The notes below the pieces were generated by a model. That model was not told where the DNA came from and did no database searches. It worked only from the letters and a program-made list of their open reading frames with translations. A program made the position numbers and the translations under genes. A DNA stretch of 64,000 bases. Origin: Octopus sinensis. Lineage: Eukaryota. Shown here piece after piece: positions 24,575 to 37,736 of the stretch; position 1 is the stretch's first letter, and each line of letters opens with the position of its first letter. The stretch covers positions 63,178,001 to 63,242,000 of the forward strand of contig NC_043001.1 in NCBI RefSeq assembly GCF_006345805.1, written 5' to 3'.

Positions 24575-25420
24575 TGAAAAAAAATTTTGAAAATTTTTGA
24601 AATTCTTCACCACTCCAGATAGATTTCGGCCAACTTTATTTTTTAACTTAGAAACCATGGGAGGAGCCTTTGCAATAAAAAAATATTGTTTAAGCAATTT
24701 TGAGGAAAAGGTGTATGATTCAAGGGAGATTTGGCTGTTGTATCTAGCACATCCCAAAACCACCCTCTGTTTTCACTCACACATGTAGTGATGTTTTCTC
24801 AATATTTTTCTCCCATTAAACACATTTTATGGAATGATGATACCAAAGTAACACACTCATGGTTCGTTGGTGGAATATTAGTAACAAAAAAAGAAAATTG
24901 TAATTTAAATTTTTACCTCCACCTCAATCAAGTGAAGCAATGTGTGCATGTAAGAAAAAACATTTTCTAACAGAAAAGTATCCTATTAAAATGAATTATC
25001 ATTTAAATACCACTGTGGATAAATGCCAGCAATAACTTCTGAAGCTTTCCAATATTTTAATTTCTAAACAAAAACAATCAAAGGCAGGAAGTGGGGTTTT
25101 AAAAAAATCATGATTTTTCAAATTTTTTTTATAGCATATAAATGTAATTATGGGGAGAAAAATACTGAAACATGAAATACATTAGTACATTCAAGAGTGA
25201 GAAAGAAACAAGGAGGGTTGTCTTGGATGTGCTAGAAACAACTGCCAAATCTCCCTTAAATCACTCACTTTTTCTTCTGAAAATAATTTTTTTAATAAAC
25301 TTTTTTTACCAAAGGGGTCCTTCCATAGTTTTGAAGTGCAAAAAAAATTGGCGAAAATTGGTCCAGAGTGGGATGATGATGGGTGGTGAGGTGTACAAAA
25401 AATATTTTTTATACTTTTTT
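24575..25420. mobile_element. Decayed foldback element (arms about 24575-24880 and 25110-25420)
   Basis: ggagatttggctgttgtatctagcacatcccaaaac vs gtcttggatgtgctagaaacaactgccaaatctcc, with collinear flanks. Confidence 0.65.
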
Positions 25421-25584
25421 TCATAAAATGATGTTCCCCACCCACATAATTTTGAAGGCTGTGGCTAAAAGAAAAGGGATGATGATGGGTGGTGAGGTGT
25501 ACAAAAAATATTTTTTATACTTTTTTTCATAAAATGATGTTCCCCACCCACATAATTTTGAAGGCTGTGGCTAAAAGAAAAGGG
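25370..25584 (+). repeat. Perfect 106-bp tandem duplication
   Basis: gggatgatgatgggtggtgagg...ctaaaagaaaa present twice in tandem. Confidence 0.95.
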
Positions 25585-25623
25585 AAAAAATCCCCATCAA
25601 AACGGAATAATTCCAACTTTTTC

Positions 25624-26843
25624 CTGGAAGTTCTATTTCTATTAGATGCTGTAAATAATCTATAAAACCTTAAACATGAACTTGTAATGATACTATGATG
25701 ATACGAACGAATTGAAATATTTAACTGAATCATCATGAAATTAACTTTTCATTTCAGTGCAGTGTTGAAACCAGTTTTAATGTTTTATAACCTGAGCCAT
25801 CAGTCTTCCTGATCTGAAACTCTGTTTTTCAACATCTTTTTTCCCCACCCCCTCGGAAAAAATTTTCCTCACAAATTTCTTTATAATCGTAATCTATACT
25901 ATTTGAAAGTTATTTGTTTCACTAAAAGATACCCATTTTCCTGAAAGTTATGAGGGGAAAAAATTTGGATCATGTGAATTTTCCGAAACTCCTCTCCCTA
26001 CCCCGTCGAAAAAATTCTTTCCCATAAGGGATGTGTTAGGAAGAGCATCCAGCTCTTACCAGAATAGATTGGAGCCTGGTGCAGCTCTCCAGACCTCAGT
26101 CAAACTGTCTAACCCATGCCAGCATGGAAAATGGACAATGATGTTGATGATGAAATCCCTATATACTCTGAATCCACAGTATTGAAGTGGTATTTGTTGA
26201 AAAGTACCCATTTTTCTTAAATTTACGAGGCAACAAAGTCAGGTGGGGGTACACCTATATAGTTATGTCAGTTTTGTTTGTGTGCTTGCTTGCATGCTTG
26301 CTTGTCTGTAATTTAATACAGCCAAACCGGCGCATAATGGGAAAAATACTCTAAAAGTAAGGTATCCGTGAAATGTGAATACAAACGGAATAAAACAAGT
26401 TTCATATAAATCGGACTACGGATTCCTGAGATGTGTGGTTTATTTGGGTACCTTCGTAAATAGCCAAAACGGTGCATAATAAGAAAATATTCTGAAAGTA
26501 ACATAGCCCTGAAATGGGAAAATTGTTTCCATTAATTTTATGTATACGTTATATAAGAATTTCTTTTCCATTTTTGTAGAAGTGTGCACATATGCTATAA
26601 ATAAATGCTATGACTGGAAGTTCTATTTCTGTAAATAATCTATAAAACCTTAAACATGAACTTGTAAACTAGACCTATGATGATACGAACGAATTGAAAT
26701 ATTTAACTGAATCATCATGAAATTGACTTTTCATTTCAGTGCAGTGTTGAAATTAATTTTAATGTTTTATAACCTGAGCCATCAGTGACCCAACAGGTGA
26801 TAGGTTTTATAACCTGAGCCATCAGTGACCCAACAGGTGATAG
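25624..26843 (+). repeat. ~180-bp direct repeat (25624-25804, 26614-26786); second copy ends in a perfect 40-bp tandem duplication (26764-26843)
   Basis: ctggaagttctatttct...cctgagccatcagt twice; gttttataacctgagccatcagtgacccaacaggtgatag x2. Confidence 0.9.
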
Positions 26844-27379
26844 TGTTTGCTAAAATTTGGCTAAGGAGAGAGGTTGTGTCTAAAACCTTTGAAGGTTTTC
26901 TGTGGTTGATGTAATTGAAGTAGTCTTGCAGTGATGTATGTTTGTGTGCATATGTGTGTGTGTGTGTGTGTGGTGTAGAGAGAGAGAGAGAGAGAAAGTG
27001 AAAGATGGAGGGAGGGAACTCTAGACAGTCATTGTTCTGTAGAGGAAGTTATGGGGGTGAGACGTTATAAGGGTAATAGGTGGAGGAGGGACATATAAGT
27101 AGACTGAGGAGGGGAAAAATGGGAGGGGGTCATAGTTAGTTCATGTTAATGTAATTAGAAAAGGAATGAATATCATGATTCTGAGTCCAGTAAGTTTTAT
27201 CACCCATTTATATATACTCTTGACTTCAAAGCCATTCAACAATTTGTAATGAAAGATATTCTGTAGGAGAGTGTTAATATACTTAGTTTGAACAATATTT
27301 CCATAGACATTGATCATAGACAAAACATTGAAGCAACTTGCTAATGGTATTTTGATGTTAATTCTTCTTTATTTTGTAG

Positions 27380-27493
27380 CTTGATGTGATAGTTGCTGAT
27401 CTGGATGGTGGGAATATCATTATTCCTGAATGTATCAACCTTCCCTGTATGATGGATCAACTCTTCAACAGAACAATGAAGGCATTGACAGTG
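27380..27493 (+). CDS. SBF2: SBF orthologue exon C
   Basis: ttgtAG / GTaagt; LDVIVADLDGGNIIIPECINLPCMMDQLFNRTMKALTV (cf. SBF2 [21 protein letters not shown]); 114 nt, phase 0. Confidence 0.96.
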
Positions 27494-29052
27494 GTAAGTT
27501 ATGGCAGTCACTGTTGTTGTCATCAGCCCTAATCCTGCAGACATTCCCAGTTGTGGCCATCTCATCACATTTTCAGGAACAACTAATTTAATAAATCCTT
27601 CATTATTGAAGACAGCTAAGTGTAATTTTTAGGGAGATGTGACTGTTTTTACTTTCAAGTTGAATGGCCACATAGAAGTCCTCTCTTTAGCTCCACTCAT
27701 CATCTTTTTCATTTAATGTCTGTTTTCCATGTTGGCATGATTGGGATGGTTCCACAGGATCCAGTGAATCAGTGGATGTTGTGTTGCTCCTATGTCTCAG
27801 TTTTGGTATGATTTCTATAGCTGGATGCTCTTCCTAACCACTTAACACAGTTTACTAGCAGCTTGTGTTGTAACACCAGCACTTGTGAGGTTGCCTAAAG
27901 AGCCTCCACTACAGAGAGAGGACATGACTTTAGGTGAGGTGAAAGAGATTTATTTTTAGGAGAGGGTATTAGTCAAAACAGTAACAAACTTTATTGGGGA
28001 AGGGACTATTAAAAGTGAAAGAATAATGTTAGGGAGAGAGAGTCAGAGAGGGCTAATGAGGACAGCAGTGTGGGAAGAGATTTAAGATTACATTGATAAA
28101 TATGCTCAACAACAATTGATTATGGTGAGTTAGCTGTTGTTGAGCAGACAGTTATCTATAACAATATAGCCTTTACACAGAGGGCCAATACCTCAGATAA
28201 CAACATTGAAAATATTCTGTATTTGGGTTGAGGTGAAATGAAACAGGTTTATAAGGAAGAGTCTAGTCATAGTTACCTTGTTTATATTGTAGGTATGATG
28301 TTTAATATTAATGGACTAAGATATGTGGGTGGAGTCTAGTTTAAAGATGGTAAGTAGTTTATTAAAAGATTGATACTAATCTCTCATATAAAGTAATTTG
28401 AGTGATATATAAAATGTGTTGACAGAATTGATAAAACTTTGAACAAAGTTGGTTAGTAGTATTTAGTTACATCATTTTATGTTTTTGAGTTCATATCCAG
28501 TTCAGGTGTTGATAAAAATATGTACCAGATTGAGTATACTTTAATTCATTCCTCCACACATTTTGGGAGACTACATTCTGTTTATTCTAGAAATAATTTT
28601 TAAGCAAAATTAATGGGAGCAAAATAAGTTTCTGTATATTTTTGAGTTCAAATGATCAGAATGTAACCTTCTGTAGAATTTTTATTAGTTTAAGAATGTT
28701 CATTGACCATTTCAGCTACTTGGTGGATAATGGCAGTGAGATTCTTAGTAACATTCAACACTACCTAATGACCCTTAGGTACCTTTAACTGGGGCCACTC
28801 TGTTGGTAACATTCAGGTAAAAACTTTTTCCTTTTCTTCCAGCCAGTTGTGGAAGTCATAGGTGTTACCCTGGCTCCTTTGGCTGAGGCATTAAAAAAAA
28901 GAAAGGAAGAAACCAGCAGTAAGAACTTAAAGTGAGGTTAATTATGATAGATGATTGTAAACTGATATCTTCTGTCTCTGGCACTTTTATGTTCCTTGAG
29001 AATTTTAAATGGGGAATGAAATCTACATGAAACTATTCTTGCTGTCTTGTAG

Positions 29053-29130
29053 ATTATCAAACCAGAACTACTCACAGCAGATGATGCCTTCCCAGCACCA
29101 CCTAAAAAGCCAAAACCCATGGACAGAAAG
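29053..29130 (+). CDS. SBF2: SBF orthologue exon D
   Basis: ttgtAG / GTttgt; IIKPELLTADDAFPAPPKKPKPMDRK (cf. ILHPDLEVADHAFPPP); 78 nt, phase 0. Confidence 0.9.
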
Positions 29131-29204
29131 GTTTGTATATTACTATTTATTCTGGTTGAATAAGTTTACAATTTTAGACATTTTTTGTTTTTAGGCAGAT
29201 AAGA

Positions 29205-29705
29205 GGTACAGGTGTGACTGTGGTAAAACATTTACTTCCCAACCACATGGTTCCAGGACCAATCCCACTGCATGGCACCTTTCATCATCATCATTGTTCG
29301 ACTGTGGTCGAGACAATGGAATTTACCCTGCTACGCCAGACTTCACGGTCCATCATAGCATTACGGAGGTCCTGTTGCTTGATGCCTGTATCCCTGGAGA
29401 TTACATCAGGGTAGGAGAGTGGCACCTTTAGCAGTTGTCTTTTACTATAGTCCTGGGCTAACCAAAGCCTTGTGAATGGATTTGGTTAATGGAAACTGAA
29501 AAAAGCCTGTTGTGTATACATGTGTGTGTGTATCTTTGTCCCCACCACTGCTTGACAACTGGGATTGGTTTTATTTATGTTCTTTTAACATAGCAGTTCA
29601 GAAAAAAGAGACTGATAAAATAAATACAAGACTTAAAAAATAAAATAAGTACAACTAAACTCTTTGAAGTGGTACTCCGTTATGGTCACAGTTGAGTGAA
29701 TGAAA
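29205..29705 (+). mobile_element. Family A SINE interrupted by a short RTE insertion
   Basis: Head 29205-29282, resumes at 29420 and runs through the tail. Confidence 0.75.
29283..29419 (-). mobile_element. 137-bp 5'-truncated RTE LINE with 10-bp TSD
   Basis: TSD tggcaccttt at 29273-29282 and 29420-29429; minus strand LSYPDVISRDTGIKQQDLRNAMMDREVWRSRV and (TGA)n tail. Confidence 0.85.
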
Positions 29706-30199
29706 TAAAAGATAATTGACTGGACTAGATTAGTATCAATTACAGATTAATCAAATTATGTTATTTCTTGGTTGTTCATGTGTTGATATGACATTAGTTA
29801 TGATATATTTCAATCTTTTTAATTTTGATACATTTGTCATTGTTTTTTATATCACCATTATCATCGTTGTTGTTGTTGTCATCATCTTATCTTTGTTGTT
29901 GTCATCATCAGCATCATCATTATCATCTTCATCATCGTCATTGCAGTAATCTGGCAGAATCATTGGCTTACTGGAAAAAAGCTTTACCATATTTGTTCCG
30001 ACTTTTTACATTCTGACTTCAAATCCTATTGAGATCAGCTTTACCTTTCATCATTTCAGGGTTCATAAAATAAAATATCAGTCAGATTTTGGGTTTGACG
30101 GTATTAACTAACTCCTTGCACTAAAATTGCTGGCCTTGTGCCAAAATTTGAAACCATCATCATCATACCTGTGTTGTCAAAAATGCCAACAGTTTTAAT

Positions 30200-30431
30200 A
30201 ATTAGAAAATTACTGTTTGTAAATCTCACAACAGGAGATATTCAGCAACAATACTTTGGAGTAAAGATTGTTTGCCAACATAACATGGCAGTCCTGGTTT
30301 AGATCGAATGTTGCTGTAATTTAGCCCCAGGAGACATTGTCACCAGCTGACTATACAACACAATCTTTACTCCAATGTATTGTTGCAGAATATCTCTTGT
30401 TGTGAGATTTACAAATAGTAATTTTCTAATT
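30200..30431. mobile_element. MITE with ~70-bp TIRs
   Basis: ttagaaaattactgtttgtaaatctcacaacaggagatattc / gaatatctcttgttgtgagatttacaaatagtaattttctaa; solitary ends recur near 45422 and 56672. Confidence 0.85.
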
Positions 30432-30859
30432 TATAGATCAGTGACTAGTTGTCACTTTTAAAACTATATATTTCGAATGGGAATTTGGCAGCGTCACCTC
30501 TAGCTGAACAATTATTCTGTGCCAATGAAGGGAAATAACCCAGATATTGCAATACTCAAGGACAGGAGTATATATATATATATAAGAAATTAAAGAAGGA
30601 AAATGCACACACTTTGCATAGTTTTAATATAATTTTTGATATATCTTATATTGAGTTTGTTGGCTGGCTTTGTTTTCTCTAATCATGATATTAAAATTTA
30701 TTTAAATATGTATTTTCTAAAGAAAAGAATTTTTTGTCCATGTTGTGTGTGGAGTTTATGAATGAATGATTCAATAAGTAGAAAAAATCTAAGAGGTAAT
30801 TGGTTATCATTATTATTGTGGACAGGAGAGATAATTGTTCATCTTTTGGTAAGGGGAGA

Positions 30860-30890
<31 letters not shown>

Positions 30891-31699
30891 AATTCAAAAA
30901 CTTGAGTAATGGGGAGAAATATGTACAGTGATGGGTATGTAATTGTGAATTAAAATAAGTATAGAGATCAAAGTTGGTTATACATGCATATTTAGGTGTG
31001 TTCTGTATTTTTCGATGAATGAATTTTCTTTATTTAAGCATTCTTGTAAAGAAATTGTATCTTTGTACTAGTTAGGGGAGAAAACTGTGAAATTTGGTCC
31101 GATGTTACCTGCACATCTCTCTATGTGTTCACTTAAAGGAATCTGTCTGTATTGTGGGAACTGGATCTGCTCTTCATGTAGAGTGGTTCTCCGTCTCAAT
31201 GTCATACTTGTCTGTCATATATAGTGATGTTCACAACCTGAGCAAGTTATTACATAAATTAGATTCTTTGAGGTACAAGTGAAGTTGGTTTTAATTGTGA
31301 ACCTCTCTCATGATTTGAAAAGGTAATCCGAGCCTTCAAGTCGGTTGGGGCATGTTCCACTGTTTGGGTATTCACATTTTTTAACCATTGGTTTCTTGAT
31401 TGTTGTGTAAATCTTCACATTTGTTAGAAGTCTCTTATATATATGTACAGACACATATGCATATACACCAATGCATGTTCATACATGTCTCTCTATCTCT
31501 GTGTATATATATGTGCACACACATGCACATATTTATATACTCCAATGCATGTGCAGATGTGTGTGTGCGCACATGTGTGAGAATGTGTGTGCGCATGCAT
31601 ATGTCCATTTACATTTTTTAGATTGATGAAACCAGTAAAATATGTTATCCCTAACTTGGAAAGGACTTGTATCAGCATGAAAAGAATGAACTAAAATGA

Positions 31700-32390
31700 A
31701 AGAAGCTAAAAAAATGAGGGAATGAATTTAAAAATATAAAAGGAATTATTGTTAATTCAGATAAAACAAGAAATGTATATAAGATAGACATTAGCTTATA
31801 CCATAAATTAATGTACAAAAAATTACAAGATTGTTCCTAATAGTACCCTTAGAAAGATTAACCTAGAGGTTAAAAGAATTATGGAAGATTATAATATAGA
31901 TGATAGAATAGAACCATTAATACCTAGTAGACAATGGATTACAATTAAGGATCATAAGGAGAATTTTCAAACAGATACAAAGGTTAGATTAATCTATCCC
32001 AATAAATCTGATTTATGTAAACTTAGCAAGATAATTCTAGATAAATATATATTGATCTTGAAAAATAAGATCAAACTATAATTATGGTCAAACACCCTGA
32101 ATACAATTAAATGGTTCTCAAATATAAATGATAAAAATAAACATAAATTCCTACAAATAGATATTGACAATCATTACTCTAGCATTAACCCTTCTATCTT
32201 AAATAGCACCTTGATATTTGCTAAAAAATATACATCTATTAGCATGAAAGAAATTAAAGTAATTTTAACAGCCTGTAAATCAGACATGCTATTACAAAAC
32301 TTCATGCTTTGTGAAAACAGAACAGATGCCCTATGGAAGAAAGAGGACAATTAATCATGGATAAGTAAATATGGGTAAGTTTGAAAATAT
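31700..32390 (+). mobile_element. AT-rich Penelope-like RT fragment of a third PLE subgroup
   Basis: ITIKDHKENFQTDTKVRLIYPNKSDLCKLSKIILD..LWSNT..IKWF..FLQIDIDNHYSSI; stops present. Confidence 0.75.
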
Positions 32391-32399
32391 ACAACAATA

Positions 32400-33860
32400 G
32401 CATCTACTCACCATATGTCGAAGTGTTGAGGAAAAAAAATCCCCCCAGCTTTGTCCCGGACAGAATTAATAACAGAATTGTAAGCAAACTTCTGTTGTGG
32501 AAGGAGCTTTGGCTCATTCTCTGCTATGTACTGGGCAAGCTCGTCAACATTATAACATGTGTCATGCAGCAAATCTGAAGACAGTGTGTCTGTGCCTTCC
32601 TGGTTTGTTGAATATAGGCCATACACTGCCAATGCACTACTGCCCATATTGAGAACAGTATCTTCGATTTCAAGCAGCGCCCTGTTGTAAATGAGGTCAC
32701 TGTACCCGACCTCCATTGATGGATTTAGCAACTGAGCCTCGCACCATAGGAGTAGAATAGCAAAAAGTGATCTTAGTCTTTTAGGAGATTTTAACAAAAC
32801 GCCCTCCACCAGAGTGGCACCCCATTGTGAATCGTCCTAAAGTCCACACCTGAAGCAGACACATAATTCACCACCAACAGTTCTTATGTCTCGAAAGCTT
32901 TGTGGGCCAAAAACGTCATGGAGGAGAAGGCACAGGTGAAAACACTCTTGCTGGTTGGGAGGTACAGTGTACACTCTTCCAAGACAACTGTTAAACTTGA
33001 CACCGGGATATCCTTGAACATCCTGACCTGACTTCCTATGCACCCAAGTGTTCTTTGACCATACATAGTAGGATTAGACCTGAGGGTATGAAAGTGTTTT
33101 GGCAAATGTGTCAAGTTAGCCATGCCTAAAGAAACCAGTCAACATTTTTTCTTTTGTACTGGCCACCAATTGTGCAGCAGTCTGTTCAGTAAAGTAATTC
33201 CGCTGGCCATTTTCCAAATGAGCTGCTAGTTGTTTGATGGCAGGGTTCCTTTGGTGAAGTGAAAACCCGAATATCCTCCGAAAAGCTTCACCACTGCTGA
33301 TATATCGACCTGGCAAGTACTGCGACACCTCGTCCATGCTTTTGTCCTTTTGAAGGCCAAACATGGCAGCGTGAGTACCCTTGTTAACATACTTACATAT
33401 ATACTTTATTGATTTTACTGAATGACAGAACTCCACATTTATATGAGCGTTGAAAATTTTCATCAGAAATGGACAGTATGGGACCACCCATCTATTATCA
33501 AGTTGATGACCCCGTAATGTCATTGTGAATCCCCCATTCTTGGGCCACCTTCGTCTGTATAGTGGATATCTGTCGCCGGGACTCCATGGACCATGCACCA
33601 TGTGTGACTTCACAATGTCGTACAGCTGCTGGTCAACAGTGGGGTCCAGGATTTCTGCTGTGATGAAGTCATCTAGAACTGTAGGGTCTATTTTGGTGAC
33701 CAACCAAGCCAAAATTTATGCATGGGCAACCCTGTCTTCTGCCACTCAGCAGTATACATGTGACATTTAACAAGCCCAAAAACCTGCCCTTTTTTTATTA
33801 AATCAATTAGCTTAGCCAGCTTCTGTCTGAAAACCCTGGCAATAATATCATGCTAACGGC
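32400..33860 (-). mobile_element. Helitron RepHel coding fragment (pseudogenised)
   Basis: HDIIARVFRQKL, YTAEWQKTGLPHA*IL (HUH motif), MVHGP, YPLYRRR, DNRWVVPYCP, AHINVE, KYICKYVNKG, GRVYTV..ECFHL, start of helicase GGIFF. Confidence 0.92.
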
Positions 33861-34029
33861 AGCAAAGGGTGAAAATTACTTGTATAGAGAAATTGTCTTG
33901 GAAAGTATGCATAAAATAGAAGGGGGAAAGGGTGATAAGAAACGGCAAATAAATAAATAAACTGGTGTGTATTTGTATGTATGTGTGAATTTGTATGTAT
34001 GTATGGGTGTGTATTCTCTCTCTATATTT

Positions 34030-34420
34030 ATTACTCTTTTACTTGTTTCAGTCATTTGACTGTGGCCATGCTGTAGCACCGCCTTTATTTGAGCATATGA
34101 ACTGCAGGACTTATTCTTTGTAAGCCTAGTACTTATTCTATCAGTCTCTTTTGCTGAACCGCTAGATTACGGGGACATAAACACACCACCATTGGTTGTC
34201 AAACAATGTTTGGGGAACAAACACAAACACACAAACATATACACACATATACATATATACGATGGGCTTCTTTCAGTTTCCGTCTACCAGATTCACTCAC
34301 AAGGCTTTGGTGGACCCGAGGCTATAGTAGAAGACACTTGCCCAAGGTGCCATGCAGTGGGACTGAACTGGGAACCATGTTGTTGGTAAGCAAGCTACTT
34401 ACCACACAGCTACTCCTATG
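34030..34420 (-). mobile_element. Family A SINE, full length
   Basis: Head (cccagttcagtcccactgcatggcaccttgggcaagtgtcttc) to tail (ggcggtgctacagcatggccacagtcaaatgactgaaacaagtaaaagag) on minus. Confidence 0.88.
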
Positions 34421-34422
34421 CC

Positions 34423-34676
34423 TATGGTAGTAAGTAAATCTGTTTTAAAAACGATTTTCAAAAAAACTCACAGTTTGTAGGGAATAAATGTTTGACTGTC
34501 GATTTTATTTGAAAAAGATTGACAGGTATTTGTATGCATGAGTGTATTTGTATGTATTAGTGTGTATTCTGTCACTATATATATGGTAGTAAGTAAATGT
34601 GTTTTAAAAAGATTTTCAAAAAACTCACAGTTTGTAGGGAATAAATGTTTGACTGTCAATTGTATTTGAAAAAGAT
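34423..34676 (+). repeat. ~97-bp local direct duplication, period about 159 bp
   Basis: tatggtagtaagtaaat...tttgactgtc..atttgaaaaagat present twice. Confidence 0.85.
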
Positions 34677-36154
34677 GTGTTGCTTTTTTTTTTTTATTGT
34701 TATCTTGGTGAAGGACAGTTTTAGAAATGGAAAGTGAACTTATAATTCCCGCCAATTAGAATGAGGTCATTGGTAACCATAGGTACATATATATGTGTAG
34801 ATATATGTGTGTATTTACGTAGGATTGGTAGTCTGTTTATTTGACTCTCACTGTTTCTCCTTTCTTTCTTTCTGTCTTTTTTCTTGGATCGTTCATAATT
34901 GGGAGTTATTTTGACTGAAAAATGCCCCTATGACCTAAGTTATGGTATTTAGAATATTAATTCCGATTTTTTCATCCACTGAATTTGGAATTGTGTAAAT
35001 GTATGAATTTTCAACATACATACACACACACAGAAAATCTGCCTTTTATAGTACGGTATTATCCATACAATTTCAAAGTAAGGTGATTAAAATCAAAATA
35101 AGCAACAAGGATATCCAGATGTAATGCAGTACAATCATTTCATGCAACTCCATTTAATTGAACAATGCAATCATTACATCAATTTAAAATATAGAGCAAT
35201 TTTCAGCTGCACAAAAACATAGAATTTAATTAAATTAGAACAGATGGATACATTAGTATAATTATACCTAAAATCTCCAAGAAGTTAAGGAGATAGACAA
35301 AGAACATGTTGTCTCTACTTCAGCATAGATGTTACTAAAATTATCAAGATGACTCTGCCTGTCACTGATATTTTTTTTTTGTCTTTATGGGGTCAGTTTT
35401 AATTTATAGACTAATTTATCAAATTCCTTGTATATCTAAGGCTGAGAGAACAGAGGGCAGTATCTGTTAGGGGTAGGGCTGAAGGAGTAGACAGACACTC
35501 TAGTTGGTATAGTAAAAAAAAATCAAGATTTATTATGAAACGAAAGTGAACGGCTTCTCTGCACTTTTTGGGTGCAGTTGGTGCAATCACTTTCCGTTGC
35601 TTTTCTTATCCAGATTCTACCAGTCAGAAACAACAAGACGCAGACGTAAGAAATATATATCTACTTTATTCTCTTATGACAGTAACAAATAAGTGGTGTA
35701 TCTAGTATCCCTTTGGTATGTATGTGTCAGAGCTGAACTTTATCACTGTAGAATTTACAGTGTTCAAATGCAAACGACACTGGTCAAGATGGCGTCCGAT
35801 TAGGGAGAAGATGATGTGGTCGGCAACAAATGTCAGGGGGAAACGAAGATAATACGCGTCTTCTTCTATGAAAGGCTGACTGCTGCTATCAAATCCGGAC
35901 AGAGAGAGAATATTACATGTCTGATGCCTTCGGTCGCCGTGTCTCAAGTCACTGCCTACTGAACGCTGGTAGTCAACGTCCTATGCTCCCCTTGTCTCGC
36001 GGCTAAACTGCCACGTAGACAAATGGTCCTTCTTCTGGTGCTTCGCGCATGCGCGAGAGGGCCCTTCCTCTCTGCCTTGGTGAAGGCACCAACACCGCAC
36101 GCGCGAAACAGAAAAGGACGGTGCACGCGCGCACCGTTATATAGGATCACTACA

Positions 36155-36168
36155 AAGCTCCCCTCCAG
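36155..36168 (-). promoter_or_regulatory. Polypurine tract
   Basis: CTGGAGGGGAGCTT immediately before the TGTAGTG start of the 3' LTR. Confidence 0.85.
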
Positions 36169-37716
36169 TGCCTAAGCACGACACAAAATTCCTTGTAGTG
36201 ACTTTAAAACTCAATGTGGACACCAGATAACCAAATAGCACACAATATAATAAAAATGGCAAAACTTACATCATACACAAGAAATTTACCAAAAGGAAAA
36301 AAGAGAAAAAAATACTCAAAATGAGCAAAAATCAAAAGTGCATGCGTGAATAAGAATAGAGCCTTCCGCTGTAGGGAGCGGAAGGTAGGCAAACCTACAG
36401 TTAATAAACTTAGGCGAAGTTAAATCCAACTCTTCTAAAGGTGGTTGGTCCATGCAAAATAGCAGTTAAATCAATTGCTGCAGGAGAGGAAATGGAATTG
36501 ACAGATAGATCGCCAGTAACACAAAAGGCAGACAGTGCTTCAGCTGAAAGTGTAAGGCTAGCAAGGTGACAGTGCAAGCATGCTGGTGTGATGCGTGAGA
36601 CAGATAATTTTCTCTGTTAATTACGTGACCAACAGGGGTCTAACGGAAAAAATTACGCCTAAAACATGGGCGCAGCGCATGTGAACATCCGACGTTCTTT
36701 GAGTCGGGAAAAGAACTAAGCTAACGCAAACGTGTTGCAAAAACAAGGCAGTACACGTGCAGAGCAAAGGTGCATGAATGCAATAGGGCTTGCCAGACCG
36801 AAAAAACAGCAATGAATATGCCAGTGGTTAATGTAGTAAGGCTGAGCTGCCAGCCAGTGCCTGAGCGATTATATGCCTCGTTCGTACAGGAACAAAAGTG
36901 TGACATGCTGGCGCGTTATAATGGACAAACAACCCTCTCTATGCATACGTGACCCCTAGGGTTTTACAGAAATGAGGTGTGTCCACAAAGGCAAATTTAG
37001 CATGGAAAAACAAGCGAGAAAAGGCATGTGTGACGTATGTATGTGAGAGAGATAGCATTTGTGTGTGTACGTGTGTACGACAGAAATACAAACAAGGTGA
37101 ATGCGAGCAAAATAAAAATACAGCGCATAGGAAAAAAAGTCTCTCAGGGCTATTTCAGACAAGATGGAGTTAATTTACCAGTCCGCAATAGCCTGATGCA
37201 TAATAGCAGTTCGTTCTGTAACAGAATGTTGAGATCACAAATGCAGATGCCGGTTGAACACATGTCGTGTAGTGGTTGTGGCTTCAATGCTGTGACAGGT
37301 TAAATTGTTACAGAAAATCTCGCAGGTAGACTGTGCTGTTAATCCTTGGTGTGCTATGCACGAACAGCGTGAAAGCTAAACTTCCGCGAGTTGCTATTTA
37401 CATTTTGTTGAGGTCGACGGTGGTGAAGGCGACTGTGGTGGACTTGAGACACATTGTTCTTAGTGTTGATGGCGACGAAGATAATGACGACGTGAAGTCG
37501 AAAGACGACGATGGCGATGACGACAGCAGAGAAAAAGCATCGTTGATATGATGGCGTCCGTCATTATTGCTGAAGAATAAGAAAGGCTCCTTCTATAACT
37601 GTTTGAGGGGACCGGAAACAAATCGTCGAAAGATGAATGCGTAGAGTTGATAGTGTTCAGACTTGGCAGAAAAACTGGATTTCTTTGTTGTTAAGTGATC
37701 TCTGGTTTGAGACCAG

Positions 37717-37736
37717 AATCACGTCGGGGGTCACCA
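37717..37736 (-). promoter_or_regulatory. Primer-binding site complementary to the tRNA-Trp 3' end
   Basis: TGGTGACCCCCGACGTGATT, 1 nt after the 5' LTR; matches the classical Trp PBS TGGTGACCCCGACGTGAT with one extra C. Confidence 0.88.

Noticed and set aside
28000-28450. Additional very old Penelope RT fragments (also about 1620-2010 and 35240-35535)
   Set aside because: Only faint motif echoes on minus; too decayed to support without a profile search.
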